Shown here in pieces: positions 13,456 through 27,700 of a stretch of DNA of 64,000 nt (within the stretch, counting starts at the first letter, position 1; every line of letters begins with the position of its first letter). The stretch covers positions 45,880,001 through 45,944,000 of the forward strand of contig NC_086117.1 in NCBI RefSeq assembly GCF_963921235.1, read 5' to 3'. This DNA comes from Mobula hypostoma. Its lineage: Eukaryota. Below the pieces are notes generated by a model. The model was not told the DNA's origin, ran no database searches, and was given only the letters and a program-made list of their open reading frames with translations. Made by a program: the position numbers and the translations under genes.

Positions 13456-14564
13456 GTCAGGGAGAAGCCAGCAGAGAGACTGTAGGAGGGAAGTAACGAA
13501 CCCTGGAGTACGCCATCGCCCGATCAGGGAGCTGTTGTCGGGGGCAGTGCAGCGCTCAAATCCGCTGTTTCAGCTATGGTAATGTGTGTCATTTATGCTC
13601 GGAGCTGAACAGCAAACAGTTCATGTCATTTAAATCCTGGCAAAAGTCAGAGAGTTTATTTTCGGAAGGGTCAAAATATGTCGGAATGTTGGTTAATGTG
13701 GGTATTTCATGCTTTAGACTTGTTGAATGTTGTTTATTTGTGCATAATGTATAACTTCCAACATTTCCTTGTTTTAGAGTCTCAGAGTAATAGAGTAACA
13801 CATATCCTCAATGTTGTTGGATTGTAACTGAATATTGTGGTAACGGGGTGTATGAGGTGTCAAGGGAGGGGGGCCTGCCGTGCCCTTTTCAGGACAGCTC
13901 GTCCACCTTTGGGTCCCCACCTGGCGCTCAGCTCTCACCCGTGGCTCCAAGTAGCTGTAACACGCGCAGCGGCCACACCCCGGTAAACCGTCTTGGCAGA
14001 CGGGCCAAACCAGGTGAGGGTAGCCGACGGGTCCTTGACCCTTGGTGAGGTAGGGGATCTGTCTTTCCCAGCGTGTGAAGTCTGGCCCTGGCAGATTGAG
14101 TGGAGGAGACCGATTAATGGTTTAATGGTTGAGAAGGCAGGCCCAGGAGGCGTTGTGGAGCGGTAAGTGATACACCTAGTCCTGTTGCCAGTACTTCAGT
14201 GTCTGTCTCTTGCATTTGTGTCCCCTCCCAGCGCCTCCCTTATGACACTAGAGCACAAGACAGGCGTCCTGGTTATCCACTGCAGCAGGAGAAGTCTCCA
14301 GCCGTAACGGTTGTCCGTGCCACTGGATCAAGGTCTCTTCTGCCGAGAGAGTGGGATTGCCCCTGTGCAACGGCTGTTCCACTTAAAACTCCATCACGCA
14401 CAGGTTTCTGTATCTTCTTCGAATCCGAAGGACTACCAATCATTGTGATAACGGTTTCACCCTTGGGTTCAAGAGAATTTCTGAAATGGTTTAATAAGTG
14501 AACGGTTTTCATGCAAAGTGTGGCCACAACTGAATTCATCTGAGTGAGAGAAAATGTGTGCGTG

Positions 14565-14567
<3 letters not shown>

Positions 14568-14602
<35 letters not shown>
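14568..14602. repeat. (GA)n microsatellite
   Basis: Direct reading. Confidence 0.95.
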
Positions 14603-14605
<3 letters not shown>

Positions 14606-16253
14606 CTGCTTTTAAGAGACTGTACCTTTACGATGTTGCATCAATGTGCTAATACGGGGGCAACACGCCCAGATGTATTTTTTCTCTCTTCCTTGGTCCT
14701 TTGAAAAAATGTATGAAAGCTACTCATGACTGGAATTTTAAGTTTTGCTCTTACTTCAAGGACATTTTTGTATTGCATGTGTTTTTATTTGGTTTGTGTT
14801 TCTTTTTCCATGGAATTGAATTTAGAGACACCCAAATTCCATGATGGCCAGGTGTAATCTGGGTTGAGGTAGAAATTTTCAAAGGTACATTTAATGTCAG
14901 AGAAATGGATACAATAAGCATCCTGAAATGCTTTTTCTTCGCAACCATCCACGAAAACAGAGGAGTGCCCCTAAAGAATGAATGACAGTTAAATGTTAGA
15001 ACCCCAAAGTCCCCCACAGCTCCCCCCTCACACACGTAAGCAGCAGCAAAGCAACAATCCCCACGAGTCAAAAAAGCATCGGCACCCACCACCGAGCACT
15101 CAAGCGTGCAGCAAAGCAACAGCAAAGACACAGACTTGCAGTACCACAAAGACTACTCGTTCACCCGGTATTCGACATACCACAGGCTCTCTCTCTCTTC
15201 CTAATAAAGGAGAAAGAGGTGTCTTCATTTCACAGTGAAAGGGGAGACATAACAAACAATTCATTGATTTACGATGTTAAAAGTCCGTTGCGTCGTGTTT
15301 TCTGAGTTCTGTGCCCAAAGATCTCGGGTCTCTGGGCACACAGCCAGACGTCTTCCATCTCCCACAACACACCGATTTTCTGCCAGGACACAGACCATGA
15401 GATCCCGGAACTTCGAAGGTGAGCTAATCTCTTAGTCCGCATCCTTGGCATATCGAACAACGGCCAGTCGTGAAACCCTAAGAGCGGGTCCCATTTCCAC
15501 AAAGAACTGAAGTCAGCGTGTAACTCCATGCCTTCAAAAGAACCTTGAAAGGGAAAAATAGAGATACTAAGGATGGAAACGGAGCTGTTTCCGAAGATGC
15601 AAACAAAGGAGTTGCCGCGAGATGCCATTGTCGCCTCCTCTAAATATGAGATTTGTATTCCTATTACTGATCCATCAACAAATCAAGAATATCACCAGCA
15701 AAAAAGCTCCTCTTGTCATAACGTGGTGGCTGGGACCCAAGTGCTAGACACAGACACTGAAGTACTAGGGACAGGACTAGGATACAGGTTGAGGACTAGG
15801 ACATGGACATGAAAGCCGGGAACCCAGAACAGGACTGGACAAGAGAGCTAGGAGCCCGGGCTTGGACTCTGAGCCAGAGACAGGACAAGAATCCAGAACC
15901 TGGGTCTTGCCTCTGGCTCGGACCCCAGAACTAGGCAAGGACGTGACTTGGCTGGCAGGCAGGATGAGGCTGGAGTCTTCAGACTTGAGGCGAGGCTGGG
16001 GACCAGGGACTTGAGGCTTGGGGTCTTGAAACTTGGCTTGGGGCGAGGCTCGAGGCTTGGGGTCTTGAAGCTCCTCCTGGGCAGGGCGCGGTACTCCACC
16101 CGACGGAGGCCAGGGACAGGAATGGACAGAACCAACCGCAGGGTAATGGCATGACGGCCTGACTTACCTGGCGGAGGCAAGGGATAGGAAGGGGGCTAGG
16201 TACAGGGTGACTCCAAGACAAGACTACAGGCGAAGTGAGGCGAGAGTTACCGG

Positions 16254-17968
16254 TGTCATGTGTGATGCCAAGCAGAGCTACCGGACAGATGATGCTAATG
16301 AGAGAGATAACGGAAGACAATGGAGAAACATTCAAAATGCTAATAAGAGAGAAGAGAGAGATTAACGAGAAAGAAACACAATTCAGATATTGACAGTCCA
16401 TTTGCTTTGAACCTCAGCCGTTTGAAGTTTGATGGACAGGTGATACCCCAGCAGGGGGATAAAAAGAGCAGGTTTGCTAAGGCACGACATGCCACGAGAA
16501 CCTGGAAAGAGCAGTGTGCCCCCACAAATTGGTGGGAGTTTGGAGGACTGGTTCGCGGGAATTGGTCAGAGGCTCACAGGGTGTAAAGGTATGATTAGTG
16601 GGGACCTGGGGTGTGTGTCCGCCCTTGCCTGGGTGCCGGGTTCACCGTGGAAGAACGACCGTATCTGGAATGGAGGAGTCACAGTTAGTGACCACAGCGG
16701 GATTAGAAGACATCAGAAGGTCTTCCCGAAATGAACTGCATCTCTCTCTCTCTCTCTCTCTCCCTCTCTCTCTCTTTTCCCCCCCCACCCTCCCTCCCTC
16801 CCTCCCCTTCCAATGGTACAACGACAGTGATTACTTCGAACTGCACGAAACTGAACTGAACTCTGCTTCACTTGTTACGAGAATACACATAAAATTAAGA
16901 TGTTTGCTGGCCTGGGCTAGCATCAGTGGCATCAGCAGTTGGTCTGCCACCTGCCCTCAGGGGAAGGAGAGATAAGGAACAATGGAGCAGCGTCTGGAGA
17001 TGTGTAATGAAGGGATGTGGGAGGAAGAGCTGTCTGGAGCGGCTCCCCCCTTTGAACCCTGAACTGTTTGAAGTGATGGACAGGCGATACCCCAGCAGGG
17101 GGATAAAAAGGGACAGGTTCGCTAAGACAGACACACACGCCACCCGAGGTAACGAGACCCTGGAAGCGGTGCGCTTCTCACGAGTGGGTGAGAAGTGCCA
17201 GACAACGACAAGGGTGGAAAGGTACGATCAGCGGGAACCCGGTGTGTGTCCGCCCTTGCCTGGGTGCCGGGTTCACTGCAGAGGATCGACCGCATCTGGA
17301 GGAGGGGTCACAGTCGGTGACCTCAGGTGACATCACCAAGGACCCGCCCAAATGCTGTTTGTGAGCCATCTCGCTGGTCTGTGAGTGAAGCTGTGCTGAA
17401 TGATGAGTTGTTCCTATTCTATGTCTCTCTTCCCCACCTTGTCCATCGCCATGACAACGATTACTGCGAACTGAACTACAAACTGGACTGAACTTTGAGT
17501 CATTTTGAAATTGGTCATTTACCCCTAGACAACGATAGAGCTTGATTGATGCGGTTATCTTAATTCTGTGCACATGTGCGTTTATCATCGCTGAACTGTT
17601 GCATTTATTATCCTTTCGATTAATGTGTTGCTTGTTTCTTTAATAAAACTTTCTTAGTCCTAGTACTCCAGACTCCAACTGAGTGATCCATTTCTGCTGG
17701 TTTGGCAACCCAGTTACGGGGTACGTAACACACTTAAGACTGATCATTTTACCCCCAGACTGCGATAGAGCTTGGTTGATTCCTATTACCCTATTTCTGT
17801 GTATATGTGTGTATTATCATTACTAACCCTGTTACATTTATATCCTTACGATTAGTGTACTGTATTACTTATTTCTTTAATAAAACTTTATTAGTTCTTA
17901 GTAATCACAGACTTCAATGAGCGTTCCATTTCTGCTGGTTTGGCAACCCAGTTACCGGGTATGTAACA
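16254..17968 (+). mobile_element. Solo LTR (family 2) inserted in LTR 1, TSD CCGG/CCAG
   Basis: TG...CA termini, AATAAA near 3' end, interrupts sequence that is contiguous in the 28-kb copy. Confidence 0.8.
16873..17730 (+). mobile_element. Solo LTR (related to family 2) inserted in LTR 2, TSD CACT
   Basis: TGTTACG...CGTAACA inverted termini, perfect 4-bp TSD, GATAAAA and AATAAA motifs. Confidence 0.88.
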
Positions 17969-18226
17969 CCAGCAAGACAAAGCAGGGCTTCAGATGAGGA
18001 AACAGAAGGCAGGGGAAGTGATACAAGGAGTAAGGACAAGGACAATCCAGCAGCCATGCCCTGGTCTCTGGAGGTATTTATGCAGCCAGTCCCAAAGAGA
18101 ATCAGCTGCCTCAAATAGTGTTCAATGGGAACAGAAACAGGGTAGACAGGAAAACCTGGAGCAAGGGTCGATGGACCGGTCCGTGAACCAGAATGCAGAC
18201 TTCACGGACCAGACCATGACACCTCT

Positions 18227-19810
18227 GTTCTTCAGGTGGATGTTTGAAAGCAAAGGACAGTACCATTATCATGGAAAAAGATGAGATTATGAACAGATGG
18301 ACCAAGTATATTTTAAAATCTGAAGTTCGTAATGCAATAAATAAGATGAAGAAAGGAAAGGCATCAGGTCCTGATGAATTAGTAATAGAACAAATTATTG
18401 CCCTTGAAGATTATGGAATTGAAAAACTTACTGATTTAATCAATGACATTTATGAGACTGGAATAATACCAGAAGAGATGAAAAAATCAGTATTTATCAC
18501 TCTTCCTAAGAAACCTGGAGCAATAGAATGTGAATTACATAGGACCATTAGTTTAATGAATCATATCACCAAGATACTTCTAAGAATTTTGATGACAAGA
18601 GCTAAAAGTAAGACACAAGCTGAAATAGGTAAAGAACAATGTGATTTTGGAAAGACAAAGGTACAAGAAACGCAATATTGATGTTAATGATACTATCAGA
18701 ACGAGCTACTCAAGTGCAAAAAGATTTATTTGTTTGTTTTATCGACTACACGAAAGCATTTGATAAAGTGAAGCACAATAAGCTATTTGAAATATTATAG
18801 AAAACTCTCGATCTAGATTTGAAAGGTCTCCACCTAATCAGAAATCTATACTGGGAACAAACTGCTGCTGTAAGATTAGATGGAGAAGTGAGTCAGTTTA
18901 CAAAAATCAAGAGAGGCATTAGACAAGGGTGTGTTTTCTCCCCGATTTATTTAATGTGTACAGTGAAACAATATCACAAAAATAAGAGACATCTTGGGAA
19001 TCAAAGTTGGTGGTGAAAACATCACTAATTTCAGATATGCAGATGACACTGTGTTAACTGCAAGTACGGAGGAAGAACTACAAAACTTAATTGATATAAT
19101 TGTCAAAGAAAGTACAAAAATGGGTCTATCAATTGCAAAAAGACAGAATGTATGGTGATATCCAAAAAGAAGGAGAATCCTGTCTGCAGGCTGTGGATAA
19201 ACGGGGAAGACATAAAACAAGTACAGAACTTTTGCTACTTAGGAAGCTGGGTGACACCAGAGGGCAGGTGCGACAAGGACATCAAAAGAAGAATAGGGAT
19301 GGCAAAAGACAACTTTATGAGAATGAAGAGTATACTGACTAATACTAAACTAGGCATGACAACCCGCCTCAGAGTACTAAAATGTTACGTTTATCCAGTT
19401 ATGTTATATGGCTCAGAATGTTGGACAATATCTAGTAACACGAGGAAACGAATTGTAGCAGCAGAGATGTGGTTTTTGCGGAAGATGCAAAGAATATTAT
19501 GGGCGAAACGAATATCTAACGAGGATGTCATGAACAGAGCAAACACAAAAAGAGAAATAATGTATGAGATCATGAAAAGGCAATTTAACTTCATTGGACA
19601 TGTGATTAGGAAAGAGGAGTTAGAATGCACGGGAAAGATTGAAGGGAAGAAAGCAAGAGGAAGACAAAGACAAATGATGATGGAGACAGCAGCCAGAGAA
19701 CTGGAAATGAATACCAATGAATTGATCCACTTGACCCGAAACAGGAGAGTGTGGGCCATGGCAGTCAAAGCTCAAACTGGGCACGGCACCTGATGATGAT
19801 GATGATGATG
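18227..19810 (+). mobile_element. RTE-clade LINE, 5'-truncated and frameshifted
   Basis: RT motifs (KASGPDE, HRTISL, RQGC, YADD, LYGSECWT) and (TGA)n 3' tail at 19791-19810. Confidence 0.88.
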
Positions 19811-20129
19811 ATTCTGGATGTGAGATGCTCATATTTCTGAGGGAAACGGGCATTTGGGGAAAATTACTCATTGGTAGATAACTAAATTGAGAATTTGAAA
19901 TTAACAATTTTGGAAAGATTGGAATATTTTTAAGACTTATTCTAAAAGTTGTGTTGCTAATAACACTGTTTTTCTTTTATAGAATAGAAAAGATGTTGCC
20001 CGAGACCTTTGACACAGTGTTTTTGACTTTGAGATTCCTTGGAAAGTAGTTTTGATGCAATCAGTGTTTTGTCATGTAAAGTGCAAATAAAAGAGGGTCA
20101 GGAGTTTCGGGGGGGGCGCGGGGGGAGCT

Positions 20130-21451
20130 CTACTCTAATACAGTACGTGTATAAACTCCCGTCGGTCTTGTCAATCAAGCAAGCCCGTGAGCAGGACTCC
20201 CTTTCCCTTTTACATAAACTAGCCAAGAATAGTCATAAAGTATCAAAGCAGAAACTACAGTTCGTACAACTGGACATACCCTATTGCAGGATGCAAGGTC
20301 ATTGATTAAGATTCCGATTAAAGCAATGGTTAAAGCCAAGCAACCAACGACTCACGGGGAAATGAACCATTTCCTTGGGATGACTGGGCAATGTAGACAA
20401 TTGATTTTAGATTATCTGCTATTGTTCGGCCCCTCCAGAATTCCATTATACCCCTGAAGCTGAGGAAGTATTTGAACGTAGAAAAGAAGCAATGATATTC
20501 AGCTCAGCTTTGGGCCTCCCAGACTACAGGAAGGAGTTTCACTATGAAAGGTTTGTTCATATCGTTCCGACTCAGAACTACGGGGAAAGACAAAGGCCGA
20601 TTGTTTATTTCAGTGCTCGGGTCCAATTGCCAGAAGTTTATCCGATTGTCTTCCAACAGTGGCATATTCTCCCCACAGAGGGAGACAGTGATCCACGCTG
20701 CCATGAAACTGTTACACAATAAAATTTCGTGTGGCCCGTATTGATATTCCTATTGTTAATGCCGATTTGATTTTCTTTGTTTGTGGTTCGGTTTTATGTA
20801 ACAACATTGGAAAATCATGCGCAGGATGTGCAAGTGTTTCCCTCACTCTCGTTGTGCCAGAAACACGCGGCACCACGCTGTCGGTCCTGATGACACCTCC
20901 CACGGTGGAGGACACCCGAGCATACCAGTCCACTGCTCTATCGACCGAAAGGGTAAAGTGGGAAAAGCTGGCTTGTAAGCAGCACGATGGTATGTGAGCT
21001 TCATCCCGATAGAATCATTGTGGCCCTAGGAAAATTGATACCATGGATTGCCCGTTGTGTTCACAAGTTCACACATGCAGTGAAGAGGGGAATGATTAAT
21101 TAAATAAACCAAACTTGGTATGCCCCTGGTGTATCTCAATTTGCGGAGCAGATCTGCAGACAATGTATGAGATGTGAGATGTACCTTACGAAATCCAGGC
21201 AAACCGGTATAAGTAACGAGGGTTCATACCCCGCCAAGAGATGGCCCTTTTTGTACACTTACGGATAGACTTTATTGAACTGTCTTAATGTATAGTATGT
21301 GCTTTGGTTGAAACATAAGATTGAAGCTATTTTCCAGATTATACTTGTCTGGAAATATACCTTCTCTTGCAAATAAAATAATAAATGTGTTAATAATGTG
21401 ATCTACTCTTTGTTGTAGTTTGTTCCTTTACATTGGGAGACAGTACACGAC
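20130..21451 (+). mobile_element. Endogenous retrovirus pol remnant (RT/RNase H/integrase pieces) with possible LTR end
   Basis: FLGMTGQCRQ, ALGLPDYRKEF, QRPIVYFS, GPFCTLRIDFIEL motifs broken by stops. Confidence 0.7.
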
Positions 21452-21499
21452 AGAATTTGGAGGTTTCTCCAAATTTGTTATAGTTTGTTACATGAAATT

Positions 21500-23525
21500 A
21501 GAAGACCTAGCTGAGCAGTACACAGCAGGATAGAGAGGATGGAGAGGCTTAATTAGTTAAAAAAACAAAATCAAATCTTTAGAAAGAAGTGGCATGGGAT
21601 CAAAAGATTTAGAATCCTTGTGGCTAGAGTTTAGAAATTGCAAAGGTAAAAAGACCCTGATGGGAGTGATATCGAGGCTTCTGAACAATAGCCAGGATGC
21701 AGGATACAAATGACCATGGGAGATAGAAAAGGCAAGTCAAAAGGGCATTTTATGATAATTACAGGGCATTTGAATATGCACGTTGATTGGAAAAGTCAGG
21801 TTGGTGCTGGATTCCGAGTGAAGAAATTTGTAGAATGCCTACAAGGTAGCATTTTAGAACAGCTTATGGTCAAATCTAGAGAAAGACAATTCTATATTTC
21901 GTGTTGTGCAATGAACTAGATTTGATTAGGGTGCTTACAGTAAAAGAATCCTCAGGTGGCAGTGATCATGATACAATAGAATTTACCCTGCAGTTTGAGG
22001 AGAAGCCAAAATTCAATGTACTGTATTGGTATCATAGTTCAGTAAAGATAACTACAGAAGCATGAGATAAGAACTGGCCAAAGTTGATTGGAAGGGGCAC
22101 CAGCAAGGATGACAGCAGAGAAGCAATGGCTGGAGTTTCTGGAAGTAACTCGGAAGGTGCATGATTTATTCATCTCAAAGAAGAACAATATTCTAAAGGG
22201 AGCATGAGGCAACAGTAGCTGACAAGGGTTATGAAAGCCACCGTAAAAGCCAAAGAGAGGGCAAAGCTTATAACAAAAATTACTCAAAAGCTGGAAGATT
22301 AAGAGGCTTTTAAAATCCAAAAGAAGGCAACCAAAAAGCAAGAAGGAGAGGAAAGATTAAATATGAAGGTAAGCTAGCAACAATATCAAATAAGGTACCA
22401 AAAGTTTTGTCAGATATATAAAGGGTAAAACAGAGGCAAGAGTGGATATCAGACCACTGGGGATAAAGTAATGAGCAACAAACAAATCTTGAATGAACTG
22501 AGTAAGTATTTTGAATCTTCACTGTGGAAGACACAGTAATGTAACAGAAATTCAAGAGAGTCAGGGGCAGAAGGAGCTTGGGGAAAGGTCTGAAGATAGA
22601 TAAGTCACCTAGACCAGATAGACTACACTGGAGGGTTCTGAAAGAGGTAGCTGAAGCGATTATGGAGGCGTTAGCAGTGAGCTTTCAAGAAGCACTAGAT
22701 TCCGGAATGGTTTCAGGAGATTGGAAAATTGCAAATATCACCCCACACTTTCAGAAGGGAAGATTCTATTTCTAAGGATGAGGTTACGGGTTATGGAGGC
22801 ACATGTTAAAAGAAGCTGAAGTCAACATTGTTTCCTTAAGGGGGAAATCTGGCTGACAAAACTGTTGGAATTCTTTGAAGAAGTAATAGGTAGCTTAGAC
22901 TAAGGCGAGTCAGTGGATGTTGGTTACCTGAATTTTCAGGAGGTCTTTGACAAGGCACCACATATGAGGCTGCTAAACAAGATATTGCAGCAACAATTCT
23001 AACGTGGATAGAAGATTAGCTGGGGCATCAGAAGGCAAAGAGTGGAAATAAAAGGGGCCTTTTCTGGTTGGCTGCCCGTGATCAGCGATGCTCACCGGGG
23101 TTCAGTGGGACCACTTCTTCTCACATTATATAGTCACGATATGGATAAAGGAATTAATAGTTTTTGGGCCAAAATTGAGGATGTTACAAATTTAGGTGGG
23201 GGTAGATAGTGTTGAGGAAGCAGAAGGATGCAGACATTTTAGGTGAATGGGCAAAGAAGTGGCAGATAGAATACAGCACAGGGAAGTGTCTCATCATATA
23301 CTTTGGTAGAAGGAAAAAAGGCACAGGCTGTTTTCTAAACGGAAAGCAAGTTCAAAAACTGGAGATGCAAAGAGCCATAGGAGCCCTCATGCAGTATTCC
23401 CCAAAGGTTAACTTGTAGGCTGAGCCTGTAGTAAAGAAGGCAAATGCAATATTAGCATTCATTTTGAAATGATTGGAATATAAATGTGAGGATGTAATGA
23501 TAAGGCTTTATGAGGTATTGGTTAT
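21500..23525 (+). mobile_element. CR1-like LINE, degraded
   Basis: DKSPRPDRLHWRVLKE, DWKIANITP, EWAKKWQIEY motifs. Confidence 0.85.
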
Positions 23526-23589
23526 GTATGTTCCATCCCCCACTCCAAATGTGCTCTGTGCCAGAACACATTGAAAGATATTTCTCTCC

Positions 23590-24490
23590 GTCTCTCTCCC
23601 TCACTCTCATACAGACACACACACACCCACACACTCAATGAAACAAAACCTAAACTATAGATTTCACACATCCCAAACTACAAGTTACAGTGTCCAGCCC
23701 TACAGGCAAAATAAACCCCATCTCACCAACTATATGCCCCCACCCAACCTACTGAACACTCCCATCCACAAATTGCACAAACACCCTCTACGAGCTAGAC
23801 AGAGCTCACACAAAACATTTGTAAACTGCACAACCTCCCCTAGAAACTACACACACATACACATGACAAAGGACGCCAGCACCAGCCACAATCTAAACAA
23901 GTGCATACTCCTCCCCACAAACTGCACAGTCTCCCTACGCACAACAAACATGCTATAAACTGCATGTATACACCCAGCAAATCACACTTGCCCACCATAC
24001 AGCCACACACACAAAACAATGGGTTATTCACAGCCAACACTACAACATACAAATACTCCACCCAACAATCTCACCTTAAATAACCCTTCAAACTGTATAC
24101 ACACCACACAGACTACACACAATATGACCTACAGTGATTCACATTGCAGCCTGCAATCTACATAGCCAATGCAGGGCCCCGACCTGAAACACTGTCTACC
24201 TCTTTGTCTACACAAATGCTGCTTGACCTTCTGACTTCCTCCAGTAATTAGTTTTTGCTAAAATCTACATGTGCTATTTAACAAACTACTACATACACCC
24301 CTCCTCACACACCCTTCTCCACACAGAATGCAAAATCTATCCCTTAATAAATACCCACACTGAGCACAATAAACCATGCATTACACTCCATAAATGACAG
24401 ACACACACCCCAAAACTTACAACCATCCATCCTACATACAATACACATCCTCACAACAAATTGTACACATACGATAAAAGCCCAGTACTT
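23590..24490. repeat. CA-rich low-complexity tract
   Basis: Strong C/A strand bias, degenerate (CA)n. Confidence 0.8.
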
Positions 24491-24754
24491 ACCCTGTGTG
24501 GAACTGATTATTAAATATACAACATTTTGCATTTTGGAGACAGGCAACAGATTACTTTGATTATTTAAGTTTATTGGATCAATTGGTTAAAGAACATTGT
24601 CACTCTATTGAACATGAGCTCATGCAATTTCCGTGTTTCTGCCACTTGTTTTTAGGATCAGACTCACGGTCTCATTGTGAACGGTTGCTTTGAATCATTG
24701 TTTCTAATATTTACTTCTTGTGTTGCCCTTAAACTTTTATTTTTGTCTAAGCCT

Positions 24755-24780
24755 TCACTGTAACAGAAGCTCATCCTCCC
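24755..24780 (-). CDS. Bikunin terminal exon (..EDELLLQ*)
   Basis: Strong acceptor tttctctttttccag; resembles AMBP C-terminus DEELL; AATAAA at 24736-24741. Confidence 0.85.
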
Positions 24781-27700
24781 CTGGAAAAAGAGAAAGAAAT
24801 TATTTACCTTTGGGCTCACCACAGGCTGGACACAACAGTATGACACCTTGAAGGGTCCCCTCTGTGTTGTGAATATCTCTTGGCTCTCTGAGAAGCTCAT
24901 TCCATTCAATGATACTGATTGACTTCTGTCTCAAATTACTTGTATTCATTTCAAAATTCACCTGCATTCATAATAAAACTATATACCAAGAATTAAACAG
25001 TGCAAAATATATTTCATTCAAGGTCATCACATTCAATAGTGTTAATTGATATTTTTAAAGCTACATCACCATTGTCACTCGTGACATCCCCCTGGGGATG
25101 ATAATACACTATTTCAATGTGTGAGACTCTACCCCAGCTGATTCAGCCCTTCTGTGTACAGTAGCAGAAGAATCTCATTCAGTAGCTGTTCCCAATATAC
25201 ATTAATGATCTGGAAGAGGCAACCAAATGTAGTATATCTAAGTTTGCTGATCATACTAAATTGAGTGGAAAAGAAAATTGTGCAGATGATATGGAGAGTC
25301 TGCGGAAAGATATAGATAGGTTAAGCGAGTGGGCAGGGGTCTGGCAGATGGAGCACAATGTTGGTAAATGCGAGATCATCCACTTTGGAAGGAAAAATGG
25401 AAGATCAGATTATTATTTAAATGATAAAATATTGTAGCATGCTGCCGTGCAGAGGGACTTGGGAGTGCTTGTGCATGAATCACAGAAGGTTGCTTTACAG
25501 GTGCAGCAGGCTCTCAAGAAGACAAATGGAATGTTGGCCTTCATTGTTCAAGGAATTGGATTTAAGAGCAGCGAGGTTATGCTGCAACTGTACAGGGTAC
25601 TGGTGGGGCCACATCTGGAGTACTGCGTGCAGTTCTGGTCTCCTTACTTGAGGAAGGACATACTGTCTTTGGAGGTGGTGCAGAGGAGGTTCACCAGGTT
25701 GATTCCAGAGATGAGGGGGATAGACTATGAGGAGAGATTGAGTTGCCTGGGACTGTACTCGCTGGAATTCAGAAGGATGAGAGGAGATCTTATAGAAACA
25801 TATAAAATTATGAAAGGGATAGATAAGATAGAGGCAGGGAAGTTGTTTACCCAGGTAGGTTAGACTAGAACTAGCGGACATAGCCTCAAGGTTCGGGGGA
25901 GTAGATTTAGGAAGGAGATGAGCAGGAACTGCTTTTACCGAGGAGTGGTGAATCTGTGGAATTCTCCGCCCAATGAAGCAGTGGCTACCTCAGTAAATAT
26001 TTTTAAGACAAGGTTGGATAGTTTTTTACATAGTAGGGGAATTAAGGGTTATGGGGAAGAGGCAGGTAGGTGGAGCTGTGTCCATGGCCTGATCAACCAT
26101 GATCTTATTGAATGGTGGAGCAGGTCTGACAGGCCAGATGGCCTACTCCTGCCCAAATTTTTATGTTCTTATGATATCAGACTGTTGCCCTTCCCCAAAA
26201 AGCCTTTGCTTTGGCCACACCTGAGTTTCAGTGCATCTCTCAGCACGTACTGCTACAAGCCGGAATGTGCCATTCAGCAACACTCCTTAACGGTCATCTT
26301 GATGTGCTGGAAGACCAACAAGTGACCGAGGGCTACAGGTACATAGTTTGCTAGAAATGGTGACACAGCTAAACAGGACGGTGAAGAAGGCATGTGGCTC
26401 ACTTGCTCTCATTGGCTGAGTCATGTTAGAGTTGTACATAGCACAGGTTAGGCCATACCAGGGATGTAGTGTGCAGTTTTGGCCATTAGACTATAACAAG
26501 GATGTCATTAAGCTGGAAGCAGTATGGATAGATTAATCTGGAGGTTTTCCTGGATTGGAGGGCTGGAGTTATAGGGAAAGACTGACTAGCTTGGGACTGT
26601 TAACGCCTGGAACATAGGAGGGTGAAGAGTGACCTTACAGAGGTTTATAAAAATGATGAGGAGCATAGAGAGGTTAGGTATTCACAGCCTTTTTTAGCCC
26701 CTGGTTGGGGGAGTCTAAAACTAGACAGTATAGATTTAAGGTGAGAGGGGAAAGGTTTAACGGAGATTGGAGGGGAAATTTCTCACGCAGAAGGTGGTGG
26801 ATATGTAGAATGAACTGCCGGGGAGGTGGTAGAGGTGGGTAATTACAATGTTTAAAACACATTTGCAGAGTACATGGACAGGAAAAGTTAGAGGGTAATG
26901 GTCCGAATGCAGACGCATTAGAAGAGATCAGATAGGTATCCTGATTGACAAGGACAAGATGGGTCTAGGGCCTGTTTCCATGCTGCAAACTATAGATCTA
27001 TGAAAATACATCAGAGTTGGGACAGTGGCTAGAGATCTCGGGTTTGACCACATCCTACCCCATGGAGCTGAAGTAATCAGGGAAATGAGCTCTAAGCCAC
27101 CATCAGCAGGAGCTCACGGGAACAAGAGACCATAAGGAACATTTATCACTTTCTGGGATGGGGTCACAATACTCCACGCACTCCTTCTCCGTGTAGAACT
27201 TGTTCCCGTTTCCTTCACACCCACCGTACACGAAACGGATACACTTGCCAATGTTGGAATCAAACGCCCAGAGATCAGTGCTCATTCTGCAAGAGCCAAT
27301 TTTTATGGGCAACCTGCAGGCAGCTGTGACAAAGGAAGAGAAGAGGAACGAGAGGCAGGGTTGAGGGCAGTGGTGATATACTAATTAAAACTCCCAACAG
27401 AGGTCACTGTAACACCAGTGTGATCCCCACAGATTGTTACACAGAGACCATTTGGCCCCAAATATGGCCAGTTATTCACAATGAAACCCTAACAACATAC
27501 ATTTTTCACCACTGAGAAAGTGACGTCTTTACCAGGGGATGGAGAAATTGACACTTTTACAAACTTAATATTTTCTTGTTCTTACTGTACATCAAAGTCT
27601 GGTAGTCACTATGACGATGGTAACATTGGCTTTGTTCATGAAGGGTGTGGCTATTCACCCTTACTTGTCAGACGTTGACTTGCTGTACCGGTAGGGCTCA

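Larger units (their letters stand above)
15714..18221. mobile_element. Solo LTR (family 1) carrying nested insertions, 5-bp TSD CCTCT
   Basis: TGTCAT...ATGACA termini; CCTCT at 15709-15713 and 18222-18226; reverse-complement homologue at 28010-28892. Confidence 0.85.

Noticed and set aside
23452-24547. His/Thr-rich and Cys/Val-rich ORFs
   Set aside because: Artefacts of CA-rich low-complexity DNA
12513-24755. Read-through fusion of Kunitz exons to C8G, a reversed AMBP-like architecture
   Set aside because: The bikunin gene has its own terminal exon and AATAAA, C8G has its own ATG and signal peptide, and the phase-1 Kunitz donor is incompatible with phase-0 C8G exon 2
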